From the NCBI GenBank assembly GCA_963737905.1, contig CAVTUQ010000017.1, forward strand, positions 12,272-76,271: DNA of 64,000 bases. Direction: 5' to 3'. Every line of letters starts with the position of its first letter. The first letter of the stretch is position 1. The DNA is from an uncultured delta proteobacterium. GTDB taxonomy: Bacteria > Desulfobacterota > Binatia > UBA9968. Below are positions 28,575-38,601 of this stretch, one piece after another. Below the pieces are notes generated by a model. It did not search any database. It was not told the DNA's origin and worked only from the letters and a program-made list of their open reading frames with translations. A program made the translations under genes and the position numbers.

Positions 28575-29560
28575 CCACTACCCTGTATTTGAGCTTGGCC
28601 AGCCGATTCCCCTATGGGTCGGAGGGCAAAGAAGGTATCGAAAATAGAATGGTCCACCAGATTGAGTTTCTTTTGCAGCCCGTCGAGAAATTCATGGAGC
28701 CCTACCGCGATGATCTGCCGAGTGTCCGTGTAGGCGAGCTCGGCGCGCAACCGGCCAAGGTGTTGCTCGGCCGGGTTACGGTACATACCGATGGGAGTGC
28801 CGGACATGGCGTGGAGAGAATCGTTGGCCGTGGTTAGGCAGTAATGGATGGAACGTGGAAATTCACGGTCGAGCAGAAGGAACTCGATAATCTGATCAGG
28901 CACGATAGGACCATGGCGTTTGCGGTACATTTCCAGGGCGCTCGCCGATCGCAACACGGCTGCCCATTGAATATCGTCCAGCGGGGTTCCCACGTCCGTT
29001 ACAGAGGGAAGCAAGATGAAATATTTCACGTCGAGCAGTCTCGAAGTCTTGTCCGCCCGTTCCAAAAGACGACCCATGCGGTAAAAATGCCACCCCTCGT
29101 CATGCAGCATGGTCGCTTCGGTGATGCCGTCGAAAAGATGGCTGGCCTTTTTTACTTCGCTAAAAAAGCTATAGGGCGACTCCATGATGCGCGGATCGAA
29201 TGCTGCGGCGTTGACCATCAAATAGCAAGTATTGATCTGCTCCCACATTTCAGGGGAAATCGCTTCCCGTATCGTGCGGGCATTCTCACGGGCGGCCCGC
29301 AAACAGGAAATAATCGAGTTGGGATTATTGGTATCAAAAGTGAGAAAACGGATCACATTTTCCCGGCTTGGGCCGCTAAAGTGCTCGGCAAAAGCCGCGT
29401 CGTCACCGGTGATGATGACGAGCGGTGCCCACTGCTCCGTGGACCCGCTGGGGAGGTCGAGGATCATCTGCAGATTCACGTCGATGAAGCGCGCAACGTT
29501 TTCGGCCCGTTCCGTATAACGGCTCATCCAGTAAATGGAATTGGCGACTCGGCTCAGCAT
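28571..29560 (-). CDS. Alpha-E domain protein
   Basis: MLSRVANSIYWMSRY.ERAENVAR, ARENAR, LERADKTSR, FPRS. Confidence 0.92.
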   Translation of the reverse strand: MLSRVANSIYWMSRYTERAENVARFIDVNLQMILDLPSGSTEQWAPLVIITGDDAAFAEHFSGPSRENVIRFLTFDTNNPNSIISCLRAARENARTIREAISPEMWEQINTCYLMVNAAAFDPRIMESPYSFFSEVKKASHLFDGITEATMLHDEGWHFYRMGRLLERADKTSRLLDVKYFILLPSVTDVGTPLDDIQWAAVLRSASALEMYRKRHGPIVPDQIIEFLLLDREFPRSIHYCLTTANDSLHAMSGTPIGMYRNPAEQHLGRLRAELAYTDTRQIIAVGLHEFLDGLQKKLNLVDHSIFDTFFALRPIGESAGQAQIQGSG

Positions 29561-29579
29561 AAATCGGGGAGAATGGGTT

Positions 29580-29646
29580 ATTGGAGTACTGGACTATTGG
29601 AGTGTTGCTTTTCCATCCTATACTCCATCACTCCCAGTACTCCAAT
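29580..29646. repeat. Intergenic inverted repeat (TGGAGTA-unit REP-like)
   Basis: attggagtactgg ... ccagtactccaat perfect 13-bp arms; related copy at about 27641-27715. Confidence 0.7.
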
Positions 29647-29649
29647 CGC

Positions 29650-31083
29650 TTAGGGGAGCAGCACCCACGTGTCCTTGCTGCCTCCGCCCTGGGAGGAGTT
29701 GACCACCAGAGAGCCCTTTTTGAGTGCGACTCGAGTTAATCCCCCGGGAAGAACATAAATATCCTTGCCATAGAGAATGTAGGGGCGCAAATCGATATGC
29801 CGGCCGGCAAACTGGCTATCGACAATCACCGGCGCGCGGGAAAGCCCCAAAGTGGGCTGCGCAATGTAGTTCCGCGGATTGGCCTGTATCCGCCGCGCGA
29901 ATTCCGCGCGTTCGTTCTCCGTGCTGTGCGGGCCCACCAACATGCCGTAGCCGCCGGATTCATTGACTGCTTTCACGACCAGGTGATTCAACTGTGAAAC
30001 GACGTAAGAACGGTCTTTTGCCTCGGCACAAATATAAGTCGGCACGTTGGGAATGATGATTTTCTCCCCGAGATAGTACTCGATGATCTTTGGCACATAG
30101 GCATAGATGGATTTGTCGTCCGCGATGCCGGTGCCCGGCGCATTCGCTAATGCCACGTTGCCCTTCTTGTAGACATCCATGAGACCGGGAACGCCCAGCA
30201 ATGAATCAGAGCGGAAAACCTGGGGATCTAGAAAATCGTCATCGATGCGCCGATATAAGACATCAACCCGCTCAAACCCCTTGGTGGTGCGCATCATGAC
30301 TCGCCCGTTGACGACGACCAGGTCGCGCCCTTCCACCAGTTCCACGCCCATCTGTTGCGCCAGGAAGGCGTGCTCGAAATAGGCGGAATTGTAGATTCCC
30401 GGCGTCAACACGGCGACCTTGGGCGACTCCAAAGCCGTTGGAAAAAGCGACTGCAGCATAGAGAGCAGGCGGCTGGGATATTCATCCACGGGACGAACTC
30501 GAGAGGCCTCAAAAACCTGGGGAAAGGTTCGTTTCATTACCCGGCGATTTTCCAGGACATAGGAAACACCCGACGGGCAGCGGAGATTGTCCTCCAGAAC
30601 ATAAATTTGGCCGTCCCGGTCGCGGACTAAGTCTGTGCCCGTGATGTGGCACCATATACCCTGCGGAGGATTGAGCCCCACGCAGGCGTCCCGAAAAGAA
30701 CGGGCGGAGCGAATGAGATATTCGGGAACTACGTTGTCTTTGACGATTTTTCTGTCGTGATAAATGTCGTCGATAAAAAGATTGAGCGCAAAGACACGCT
30801 GCTTGAGCCCTTTTTCAATCCAGTCCCACTCTGAAGCTTCGACAATGCGTGGAATAACGTCAAACGGAAAGATTTTCTCGGTGGCGGCGCTGTCGCCATA
30901 AACGTTAAACGTGATGCCGCTTTGCAGCAATAAACGCTCGGCAGCCTCCTGGCTAAGCAAGAGCTCGCCGTTTGGCAAAGACTCAATCCGCTCTTTGAGC
31001 AAGCGAGCGCCGGAACGGGCACAGCCGTCAGGCAGGAACATCTCGTCGAAGAATTCGGCAGTGTCGTAGGAGGCAAAATTCAT
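29650..31083 (-). CDS. Circularly permuted type 2 ATP-grasp protein
   Basis: LEDNLRCPSGVSY, YRRIDDDFLDP, ESGGYG, VVNSSQGGGSKDTWV. Confidence 0.95.
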   Translation of the reverse strand: MNFASYDTAEFFDEMFLPDGCARSGARLLKERIESLPNGELLLSQEAAERLLLQSGITFNVYGDSAATEKIFPFDVIPRIVEASEWDWIEKGLKQRVFALNLFIDDIYHDRKIVKDNVVPEYLIRSARSFRDACVGLNPPQGIWCHITGTDLVRDRDGQIYVLEDNLRCPSGVSYVLENRRVMKRTFPQVFEASRVRPVDEYPSRLLSMLQSLFPTALESPKVAVLTPGIYNSAYFEHAFLAQQMGVELVEGRDLVVVNGRVMMRTTKGFERVDVLYRRIDDDFLDPQVFRSDSLLGVPGLMDVYKKGNVALANAPGTGIADDKSIYAYVPKIIEYYLGEKIIIPNVPTYICAEAKDRSYVVSQLNHLVVKAVNESGGYGMLVGPHSTENERAEFARRIQANPRNYIAQPTLGLSRAPVIVDSQFAGRHIDLRPYILYGKDIYVLPGGLTRVALKKGSLVVNSSQGGGSKDTWVLLP

Positions 31084-31492
31084 TCGCCGGCCTCAATACA
31101 ACCTAGTTGTTAAATGGAGCTTGAAACATCTAGCTCCTTCTTGGCGCGAGGGTTTTACGTAGCTTAGGGTCGAAGCTGACTGATATAGTCACACAAGTTT
31201 ATAGCGCTAAGGTCTAGTTCTATTCAAGCTAATAGATGGGTCTCTTGCGCCGCCAGTTAAATTATTCTCTTCAAGTGATCGCAATCAACATGCCATTTGG
31301 CTCTACCGGTTCGGTTAGTCGTTTTTGCGTTTGAATGATGCAGCTGATTAATCTTTCGCCACCAGCGTGCCTAAAAGGCAGTCAGACAGACCAGACCAAC
31401 CGGTTCCTGCTCGTCGGTACCTGTTCGAAATCGCGTTTCGCTTTGGAGATACTTCCGAAGCGAAATATGCTAAAAATGAGCTTGAGGTGATC

Positions 31493-32287
31493 ATGTTTAC
31501 AAAAGCGCACGGGATCGTTCAACACTTCGTGTCCCAGGGATCAAAGGATAAGCCGGTCCTAGTTTTTGCTAACTCTCTTGGGAGCGATCTCAGGATCTGG
31601 GACGGCGTCGTTGGTCATCTGGCGGGCGATTTTAGAACCATCCGTTATGATAAGCGGGGGCACGGACTGAGTGACGTGCCCGCGCCGCCGTATTCCCTGG
31701 ATGATCTTGTCCTGGATCTGGTGGGACTACTCGATGCTCTGGAAATCAAAGAGGCGACGGTCTGTGGACTGTCGGTGGGTGGAGTCATCGCCCAGGGCTT
31801 GGCGATCAGCCGACCCGATCGTGTGAGCGGGCTTGTGCTCTGTGACACTGGCATGAGGATTGGTTCCTTCGCCAGCTGGGAGGAGCGCATAGCGACAGTC
31901 AAAGAGTCTGGATTGGCTAAGCTGATCGCTCCCTCGATGGAGCGGTGGTTTACCGCCGCCTTCCGGAAGCATCGAAGCGTCGAAATGCAAGGCTACGCCA
32001 ACATGCTTCTGCGCATTCCTCGGGATGGGTATTTGGGCGCATGTTATGCGCTGCGGGACGCTGATCTGACGCAGGAGACCCCTAAAATCACTAAACCGAC
32101 ACTTGTCCTCTGCGGTGATCAAGACATTGCGACACCACCGGATCTCGGGCGTGAGCTTGCCCAGGCGATTTCCAACGCTCGTTTCGTCCTGATTGAACAG
32201 GCGGCACATTTGATTTGTATAGAACAGCCGGAAACCATGGCACGCCGGATGATGGAATTTTTGCGCGGGGTGAATATCAGTTATTGA
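31493..32287 (+). CDS. pcaD: 3-oxoadipate enol-lactonase
   Basis: NSLGSDL, YDKRGHG, GLSVGG nucleophile motif; pca context; start chosen after GAGG RBS. Confidence 0.88.
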   Translation: MFTKAHGIVQHFVSQGSKDKPVLVFANSLGSDLRIWDGVVGHLAGDFRTIRYDKRGHGLSDVPAPPYSLDDLVLDLVGLLDALEIKEATVCGLSVGGVIAQGLAISRPDRVSGLVLCDTGMRIGSFASWEERIATVKESGLAKLIAPSMERWFTAAFRKHRSVEMQGYANMLLRIPRDGYLGACYALRDADLTQETPKITKPTLVLCGDQDIATPPDLGRELAQAISNARFVLIEQAAHLICIEQPETMARRMMEFLRGVNISY

Positions 32288-32423
32288 TAAACTTGCCAAT
32301 GACAGCATGGCCGAGCTAGCCATCGACGGCAACACGGAGTCCATTGAAGATAAGCAGAAGATCTACAAGCAGAATGCCCGAAAGCTATTACGACTCGACT
32401 AAATTGGAACCTGGAGGTGAACC

Positions 32424-32810
32424 TTGGCTAACGATCGATTTGATCAAGGCATGGCCATGCGCAAGTCAGTCCTAGGGACCGAGCACGTTGCGCGGGCAGA
32501 GGCTAACAAGACCGATTTCGACGCTGACTTTCAGCGCATCATAACCGAAAGCGCATGGGGAACCGTTTGGACACGGCCTGGGATCGATAAGAAAACGCGG
32601 CACCTGCTGACCTTGGCCATGCTCGCGGTGATGGGAAAGCACGACGAACTCGCCATGCATATCCGCGCGACGCGCAACACCGGCGTCACTCAAGAGGAGG
32701 TCAGGGAAGTTTTTCTACAAGTTTGGGCTTATGCCGGGGCGCCGGCGGCAAACAGCGCTTTTGGGATTGCGAAACGAGTTTACAAAGAGCTAGAGAACGA
32801 AGGCAAATAG
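32424..32810 (+). CDS. pcaC: 4-carboxymuconolactone decarboxylase
   Basis: GMAMRKSVLG..HV, AWG.VWTRPG, ELAMHIRA, YAGAPAAN. Confidence 0.92.
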   Translation: MANDRFDQGMAMRKSVLGTEHVARAEANKTDFDADFQRIITESAWGTVWTRPGIDKKTRHLLTLAMLAVMGKHDELAMHIRATRNTGVTQEEVREVFLQVWAYAGAPAANSAFGIAKRVYKELENEGK

Positions 32811-32829
32811 ATCCGGGAGGTAGCGTCCT

Positions 32830-33546
32830 ATGGAAGTCAAACCGTACAATCCGCGTGATTGGAAATCCCATCCGCCTTATCGCTTCGAGGGCTACAGGTC
32901 ATCGATGAAGCGCGCTCCACTGAAGCGGCTCGTGAAAATGACGCAGACCCTGTCCGAGATCACCGGGCCGCTCTTCGATCACGAGACAGTGCAGCCGGGC
33001 GACAGCGATCTCACCCGCAACGCTGGCACCGATAGCGAGGCGATGGGGGAACGGGTGATTATCGTCGGGCGAGTGTTGGACGAGGATGAGCGAGTGGTTC
33101 CTGACACGTTGATCGAGATCTGGCAGGCGAACGCCGCCGGTCGTTACCATCACGAGGTGGATCAGCACCGCGCGCCGCTGGATCCCAATTTTATCGGAGC
33201 GGGGCGCTGCATGACTAATGAGCAGGGCGAATATCGATTCCTCACGGTGAAGCCCGGCCCTTATCCGTGGCTGAACCATCCCAATGCGTGGCGACCGTCC
33301 CACATCCATCTATCGTTGTTCGGACCAAGCTTCGTGACCCGCCTAGTGACTCAGTTTTTCTTTCCCGGCGATCCGTTGATCCCCATGGATCCGATCTTGA
33401 ATTCGGTGCCGTCCAAAAGTGGCCGCCAGCGGCTGATCAGTTCCTATGCGCATGACGCCACGGAACCCGAGTGGGCGTTGGGCTACCGCTTTGACATTGT
33501 CTTGCGGGGGCGGCGCCAGACACCTTTCGAGGGGAACGCACGATGA
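32830..33546 (+). CDS. pcaH: Protocatechuate 3,4-dioxygenase beta subunit
   Basis: EIWQANAAGRYHH, LDPNF, KPGPYPW.N..NAWRPSHIH. Confidence 0.95.
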   Translation: MEVKPYNPRDWKSHPPYRFEGYRSSMKRAPLKRLVKMTQTLSEITGPLFDHETVQPGDSDLTRNAGTDSEAMGERVIIVGRVLDEDERVVPDTLIEIWQANAAGRYHHEVDQHRAPLDPNFIGAGRCMTNEQGEYRFLTVKPGPYPWLNHPNAWRPSHIHLSLFGPSFVTRLVTQFFFPGDPLIPMDPILNSVPSKSGRQRLISSYAHDATEPEWALGYRFDIVLRGRRQTPFEGNAR

Positions 33547-34112
33547 AGCAAACGCCGTCACAAACCGTCGGACCGTTCTATGCGTTGGGACTGACGGAAA
33601 AAACGATGAACGTGCTGGCGACCGATACGACTCAGGGCGAAAAGATTCGGATTGAGGGTTATGTATTCGACGGAGATGGGCAGGCCGTGCCGGACGCGAT
33701 GGTGGAAATCTGGCAGGCCAATGCTTATGGGCGCTACAACCATCCGGATGACAAGCAGGAGAAACCACTGGATCCGAGTTTTCTCGGTTGGGGCCGATCC
33801 GGCACAGATAAAACGGGTGTGTTCTCATTCGAGACGGTAAAACCGGGGTCGGTGCCCGGGCCGGACGGATCCGTACAGGCTCCCCATATCAATGTGACGG
33901 TCTTTGCGCGTGGAATGCTCGTTCACGCCTATACGCGAATCTATTTCGGTGACGAGCCGGGAAATGAGACGGACCCGGTGCTGTCTTCGATCAAGAACAA
34001 AGTCCGGCGTCAGACGCTGATCGCATCCCGTGAAGAAAAGAATGGCAGGCCGGTCTATCGCTTTGACATCCGGCTGCAGGGAGAGAGCGAAACCGTCTTC
34101 TTCGATATGTGA
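33543..34112 (+). CDS. pcaG: Protocatechuate 3,4-dioxygenase alpha subunit
   Basis: TPSQTVGPF, QAPHI.V..FARG, FDIRLQGE.ETVFFD. Confidence 0.95.
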   Translation: MKQTPSQTVGPFYALGLTEKTMNVLATDTTQGEKIRIEGYVFDGDGQAVPDAMVEIWQANAYGRYNHPDDKQEKPLDPSFLGWGRSGTDKTGVFSFETVKPGSVPGPDGSVQAPHINVTVFARGMLVHAYTRIYFGDEPGNETDPVLSSIKNKVRRQTLIASREEKNGRPVYRFDIRLQGESETVFFDM

Positions 34113-34197
34113 TGCCCCCTCACCCTAACCCTGTCCCGCGAGGGGAGCGGGGAACGGAGGGCGCTTCGCCGAAAGAAAACCGATAACGTAGCGACCC

Positions 34198-35553
34198 ATG
34201 ACCACTACGCTCGATTCGAAAATTTTTGGCCCTCTCTTTGGCGACTCCGAAATCGACCAATTGTTGGGCGATGAAGCCTACGTTCGAGCGCTCGTGGAAG
34301 TCGAGATCGCACTGGCGCGAGCCGAAGCTAGTCTCGGCGTTATCCCCTCAAGGGCGGCGGAACAGATCTCTAACGCTGCACAGTGGAACAAAATCGATAT
34401 CGCCGCGCTCGCTAAAGGAACGGCTCGCTCCGGGTTTCCGATCATCGCTCTGGTCCAGGAATTACGCAAAGCCGTTGGAACGGAGGCGGCGTCCTACGTG
34501 CACTGGGGCGCGACGACGCAGGACATCATGGATACGGCTGGCAGCCTGCAACTGCGTGCGGTAATCAAGCTAATCAAAGTACGCATCGCCGAGATGGCGC
34601 GTCTTCTGAGCGAACTTTCAAATCGGCATCGCGTCACGGTCTTGGCGGGGCGCACCCATGGGCAGCAGGCGCTGCCGGTGAGCTTCGGCTTGAAAGTTGC
34701 CGCGTGGCTTGCGCCCTTTATTCGCCACGCCGAGCGGCTTCATGAAATTTCGCCACGGCTCCTGGTGGTTCAGTTCGGCGGCGCGGCCGGCACTCTCGCG
34801 GCCCTCGGTGACAAGGGTCTTGAGGTGATGCACGGACTAGCGGATGAGCTGGGATTGGGTGCGCCGGTGATGCCGTGGCACGCCCAGCGTGACAATCTAG
34901 TAGAATTCGCCGGCTGGCTTAGTCTAGTGACGGGCAGTCTCGGCAAGATGGCACAGGATATTATTTTGCTGGCCCAGACCGAGGTCGGGGAGGTTTCCGA
35001 GTCGGCAGAAGAGGGGCGAGGCGGCAGCAGCACGATGCCGCAGAAGAGCAATCCCATCGCGAGCGAGCTGATCGTGGCTGCCGCGCGCACCAATGCGTCC
35101 TTACTGTCGGCTCTCCACCAGGCGCAGATTCAAGAGCACGAGCGGGCAACCCATGGCTGGCAGGTGGAATGGTTGACCTTGCCGCAGATGATTGTGCTTA
35201 CCGGCGGCGCCCTAAAGCACAGCCTCTATTTGGCGAAGAATCTGCAGGTGGACCAACCTAAGATGCGCGAGAATATTGCGCGTGGGGATGACGTCATTCT
35301 CGCTGAAGCTGCCGTGTTCACCTTGGCAAAAGTGATGCCACGCTCTAAAGCGGATGATCTCGTCAAAAAGGCATGCGGCATCGCCGTGTCCGAAGGAAAG
35401 CCTCTCATCGAAGTCGTGAGAAATTTGGCCGCAAGCACAATAACCAACGATGCTATAGATTGGCAGGCGTTGGCAGCGCCTGAAAACTATCTAGGGGCAA
35501 CGGAAAGAATCATCGACCGGGTGCTCAAAAGTGCAAATAATCTTTTGAGCTAA
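34198..35553 (+). CDS. pcaB: 3-carboxy-cis,cis-muconate cycloisomerase
   Basis: HWGATTQD, GSSTMPQKSNP fumarase-superfamily motif; pca context. Confidence 0.9.
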   Translation: MTTTLDSKIFGPLFGDSEIDQLLGDEAYVRALVEVEIALARAEASLGVIPSRAAEQISNAAQWNKIDIAALAKGTARSGFPIIALVQELRKAVGTEAASYVHWGATTQDIMDTAGSLQLRAVIKLIKVRIAEMARLLSELSNRHRVTVLAGRTHGQQALPVSFGLKVAAWLAPFIRHAERLHEISPRLLVVQFGGAAGTLAALGDKGLEVMHGLADELGLGAPVMPWHAQRDNLVEFAGWLSLVTGSLGKMAQDIILLAQTEVGEVSESAEEGRGGSSTMPQKSNPIASELIVAAARTNASLLSALHQAQIQEHERATHGWQVEWLTLPQMIVLTGGALKHSLYLAKNLQVDQPKMRENIARGDDVILAEAAVFTLAKVMPRSKADDLVKKACGIAVSEGKPLIEVVRNLAASTITNDAIDWQALAAPENYLGATERIIDRVLKSANNLLS

Positions 35554-35575
35554 CGAACGTTCAGCGATTGACCTT

Positions 35576-36508
35576 GTGAGCAAGCCAGCAAAAGCCAACA
35601 AACTTGTGTCCATGGGAAAAGCCGTCGCTACCTACGTCAGCGACAACTCTTCCGTGGCCATCGAAGGTTTCACCGGGTTCATCTGCTTTGCGGCTGGCCA
35701 CGAGATCATCCGCCAGCGGCGGCGCAACCTGACCTTGATCCGCATGACGCCGGACTTGATCTATGATCAAATGATCGCCGCGGGCACCGCGAGCAAACTG
35801 ATTTTTAGCTACATGGGCAACCCCGGGGTCGGCTCGCTTTATTGCATCCGGCGCGCCGTGGAGAAAGCCATTCCTTGCCCGTTGGAGCTGGAAGAGTACT
35901 CCCACTACGGCCTGGTCGGTCGTTTTGCGGCCGGCGCATCCCGGTTACCCTTCTTTGCTTTGCGCAGCTATATCGGCTCCGACATGCTCACGGCAAATCC
36001 GCTGATCAAACTGATTGACGATCCCTATGGCACGGGCAAGATCGCGGTGGTGCCGCCGCTCAATCCCGATGTCGCCATCCTCCACGCTCAGCGCGCCGAT
36101 GCGAAGGGCAACACTCAGCTGTGGGGACTGCTCGGCATGCAAAAGGAAATAGCGTTTGCCTCCAAGCATGTCATCGTGGTGGTCGAAGAAATGGTGGACG
36201 AATCGGTGATCCGCGCCGATCCCAATCGTACGCTGATCCCCGGGTTGATCGTCGATGCCGTCGTGCACGAGCCCTACGGCGCGCACCCCTCCTATGTCCA
36301 GGGATACTACGACCGCGACAACGAATCCTACCTGGCTTGGGACAAGCTTTCCCAAGATCACGCGGCGGTTTTGGAGTGGCTCGACGAGTGGGTTTACGGC
36401 TTGGAAAATCATGCCGCTTACGTGCGCAAGTACGGGCAGGCTTACTTTGATAAGCTCAAGCCGGGGCCTTTGCCGGCGCCGCCGGTTGACTATGGAAGGT
36501 ATCGATGA
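35576..36508 (+). CDS. CoA-transferase subunit A (GctA-type, probably 3-oxoadipate CoA-transferase)
   Basis: EGFT, AAGHEIIRQ, RMTPDL.YDQ, GAHPSY.QGYYDRD. Confidence 0.88.
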   Translation: MSKPAKANKLVSMGKAVATYVSDNSSVAIEGFTGFICFAAGHEIIRQRRRNLTLIRMTPDLIYDQMIAAGTASKLIFSYMGNPGVGSLYCIRRAVEKAIPCPLELEEYSHYGLVGRFAAGASRLPFFALRSYIGSDMLTANPLIKLIDDPYGTGKIAVVPPLNPDVAILHAQRADAKGNTQLWGLLGMQKEIAFASKHVIVVVEEMVDESVIRADPNRTLIPGLIVDAVVHEPYGAHPSYVQGYYDRDNESYLAWDKLSQDHAAVLEWLDEWVYGLENHAAYVRKYGQAYFDKLKPGPLPAPPVDYGRYR

Positions 36509-37272
36509 GCGAAGTAACTTACACCGATTCAGAGATGATGGTCGCAGTGGCCGCGCGCATGTTGAAAGGAGCGCGCACTGTTTTCGTCGGCGTGGGTCTG
36601 CCCAACATCGCCTGCAACCTGGCGCGCTACACCGTCGCGCCTGATCTGGAGCTCATCTACGAATCCGGGGTCTATGGGGCCCGTCCCGAACGGTTGCCTC
36701 TGTCCATCGGCGACCCGACCCTGGTCAGCGGCGCCGCTTCGGTCGTTTCGATGGCAGACCTTTTCGGGCTTTACCTGCAACGTGGATTGGTCGAGATTGC
36801 CTTGTTGGGCGGAGCCCAGATCGATCGCTTCGGAAATCTCAATACCACGGTCATCGGCGACTACAAGAAACCCAAAACGCGCCTCCCCGGCAGCGGGGGC
36901 GCTTGCGAGATCGCCATCAACGCTCAGCGGACGTTTATGATCATGCGTCTGAAGCGCCGGGCGTTTGTCGACCATCTGGATTTTCTGACCAGCCCCGGCC
37001 ACCTGACCGGCGGCGATAGCCGCGCTCGATTGGGTTTGCCCGGCGGTGGGCCGGAGCTGGTGATCACCGACAAGGCGATCTTGAACTTCGAGAACCCTGA
37101 GCGCGAGATGCAGCTCTGCGAGCTCTATCCCCGGGTCACTCCAAAGGATGTACAGGCCGAAGTCGGATGGCCGCTGCGGGTCGCGGAGACGGTGGGCGAG
37201 ACAGCCGCGCCAACTGCTGAAGAGCTACGTTTGATCCGTGACGAGGTCGATCCCCAAGGAATGTATCGGTAG
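36505..37272 (+). CDS. CoA-transferase subunit B (GctB-type)
   Basis: FVGVGLP, LIYESG, GAQIDRFGNLN, RLPGSGGA. Confidence 0.88.
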   Translation: MSEVTYTDSEMMVAVAARMLKGARTVFVGVGLPNIACNLARYTVAPDLELIYESGVYGARPERLPLSIGDPTLVSGAASVVSMADLFGLYLQRGLVEIALLGGAQIDRFGNLNTTVIGDYKKPKTRLPGSGGACEIAINAQRTFMIMRLKRRAFVDHLDFLTSPGHLTGGDSRARLGLPGGGPELVITDKAILNFENPEREMQLCELYPRVTPKDVQAEVGWPLRVAETVGETAAPTAEELRLIRDEVDPQGMYR

Positions 37273-37372
37273 AACATCGGGGGATGGCCGTGACGATGGT
37301 TGTTTCAATTAGGGAGAAAAAGTTGGATGGGCTCGACCATTCGCGCAGCAATCGGTCGGACAGGAGACGGAG

Positions 37373-37756
37373 ATGCCTAAGAAAGAAGTGATTCAGGTGA
37401 ATCTCGCTGCGGCCAACCCCAACCTCTCGCCCGCGACCCGGTTCGGTAACCTGGTCTTCGTGGCCGGGCAGACGGGGAGGCACCCGGTTTCGGGGAAAGT
37501 CGGCAAAGGCGTTCGCGAGCAGACCCTTTATGCCCTGCAGCGCGTCGACGCGATCTTGGCCGCCGCCGGCACATCCCTCGATAATGTCCTAACCGTGACT
37601 ACACATCTTACCAAACGGGAGGACCTGGCGGCCTATAATGAGGAGTACGCCAAGTTCTTCCCGAGTAACAAGCCGGCCAGGACCACCGTGGAAGTGATGT
37701 TAAACTCGCCCGATCTCCTGGTGGAGATCACCGTAACCGCGTGCATCCCCGATTGA
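37373..37756 (+). CDS. RidA/YjgF family protein
   Basis: VFVAGQT, NEEY..FF...PARTTV, LVEI. Confidence 0.9.
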   Translation: MPKKEVIQVNLAAANPNLSPATRFGNLVFVAGQTGRHPVSGKVGKGVREQTLYALQRVDAILAAAGTSLDNVLTVTTHLTKREDLAAYNEEYAKFFPSNKPARTTVEVMLNSPDLLVEITVTACIPD

Positions 37757-38124
37757 CCCTTGTCTGTGACGCGGAGGATGATCAGACTTTCGATGAGGTG
37801 CGAAACAACGGCTTGACAGGCTTCGCGCATGGGTTTAGCCGCAGCTTTTTCGCTTTGAAACACTTAAGTTCCGGGATGAGTGGCTAACCCTTCGCGCTGC
37901 GGAACGCCCCATCCGCAACAACCCGCCGATTTATCGGCGCACAAGGAGAATAAGCATGAAGCAGGACGCACGGAAAAATTCGCATAGGCGCAAAAGACAA
38001 AAGAGGCGCCTCGCTTTGAAAAAGTACGTAGCAGAAAAAAAATCAAAGAATGGCGAGAGATAGTACTGTCGTAATTGGTCTGGTATAAGAGTCGGCGGCG
38101 CCGGCAGCATGAACAGGCAACCGT

Positions 38125-38433
38125 TTATTTTGCCTGCGGCTCTTGCGGCTCTCCGGTGCCGCCCGGTCGTTTAGGTTTCCGCCGCGGATCCTCTGAATCA
38201 GGCAAGCAATAGTAGGTCATCGTGGTCTTGTTTTCGGTAAACGTAACTGCGTTGCCGGCAAACTTTGCGTCTCCGAACTGCCGCCATGTATCCAGCTTTT
38301 CTTTCATGCTGGCCAGACATTTTTCCTGATTTAGGAATCCAGCGACCCCCAACCAACTATCTACCGCCGGTCCTTGGGTTCGAATCCAGAGCACCCACGC
38401 GAGCAAAAGCACCAAGTAGCATGAATGTTTCAT
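38125..38433 (-). CDS. Hypothetical secreted protein
   Basis: AWVLW N-terminus, two Cys, YYCLPD..DPR C-terminal motif; GGGGAG RBS. Confidence 0.65.
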   Translation of the reverse strand: MKHSCYLVLLLAWVLWIRTQGPAVDSWLGVAGFLNQEKCLASMKEKLDTWRQFGDAKFAGNAVTFTENKTTMTYYCLPDSEDPRRKPKRPGGTGEPQEPQAK

Positions 38434-38601
38434 AGGCTGAACTCCCCCATCGTCCGGTCCTGTTTAGGCCAAAAAGATCTTTCCTCCCGTTGTTGACCAG
38501 CCAGAAGGCATGTCCTTCATTTCGTAACACAATTCTCTCTTGACACGCTACTCCTTTGAGGCGTAGACGAGTGGCAAGAGGTAAGTAGAAAGGAGCCGGC
38601 C

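Noticed and set aside
37757-38124. Possible small gene or RNA after ridA
   Set aside because: No recognisable motif, convincing RBS/ORF or known RNA structure
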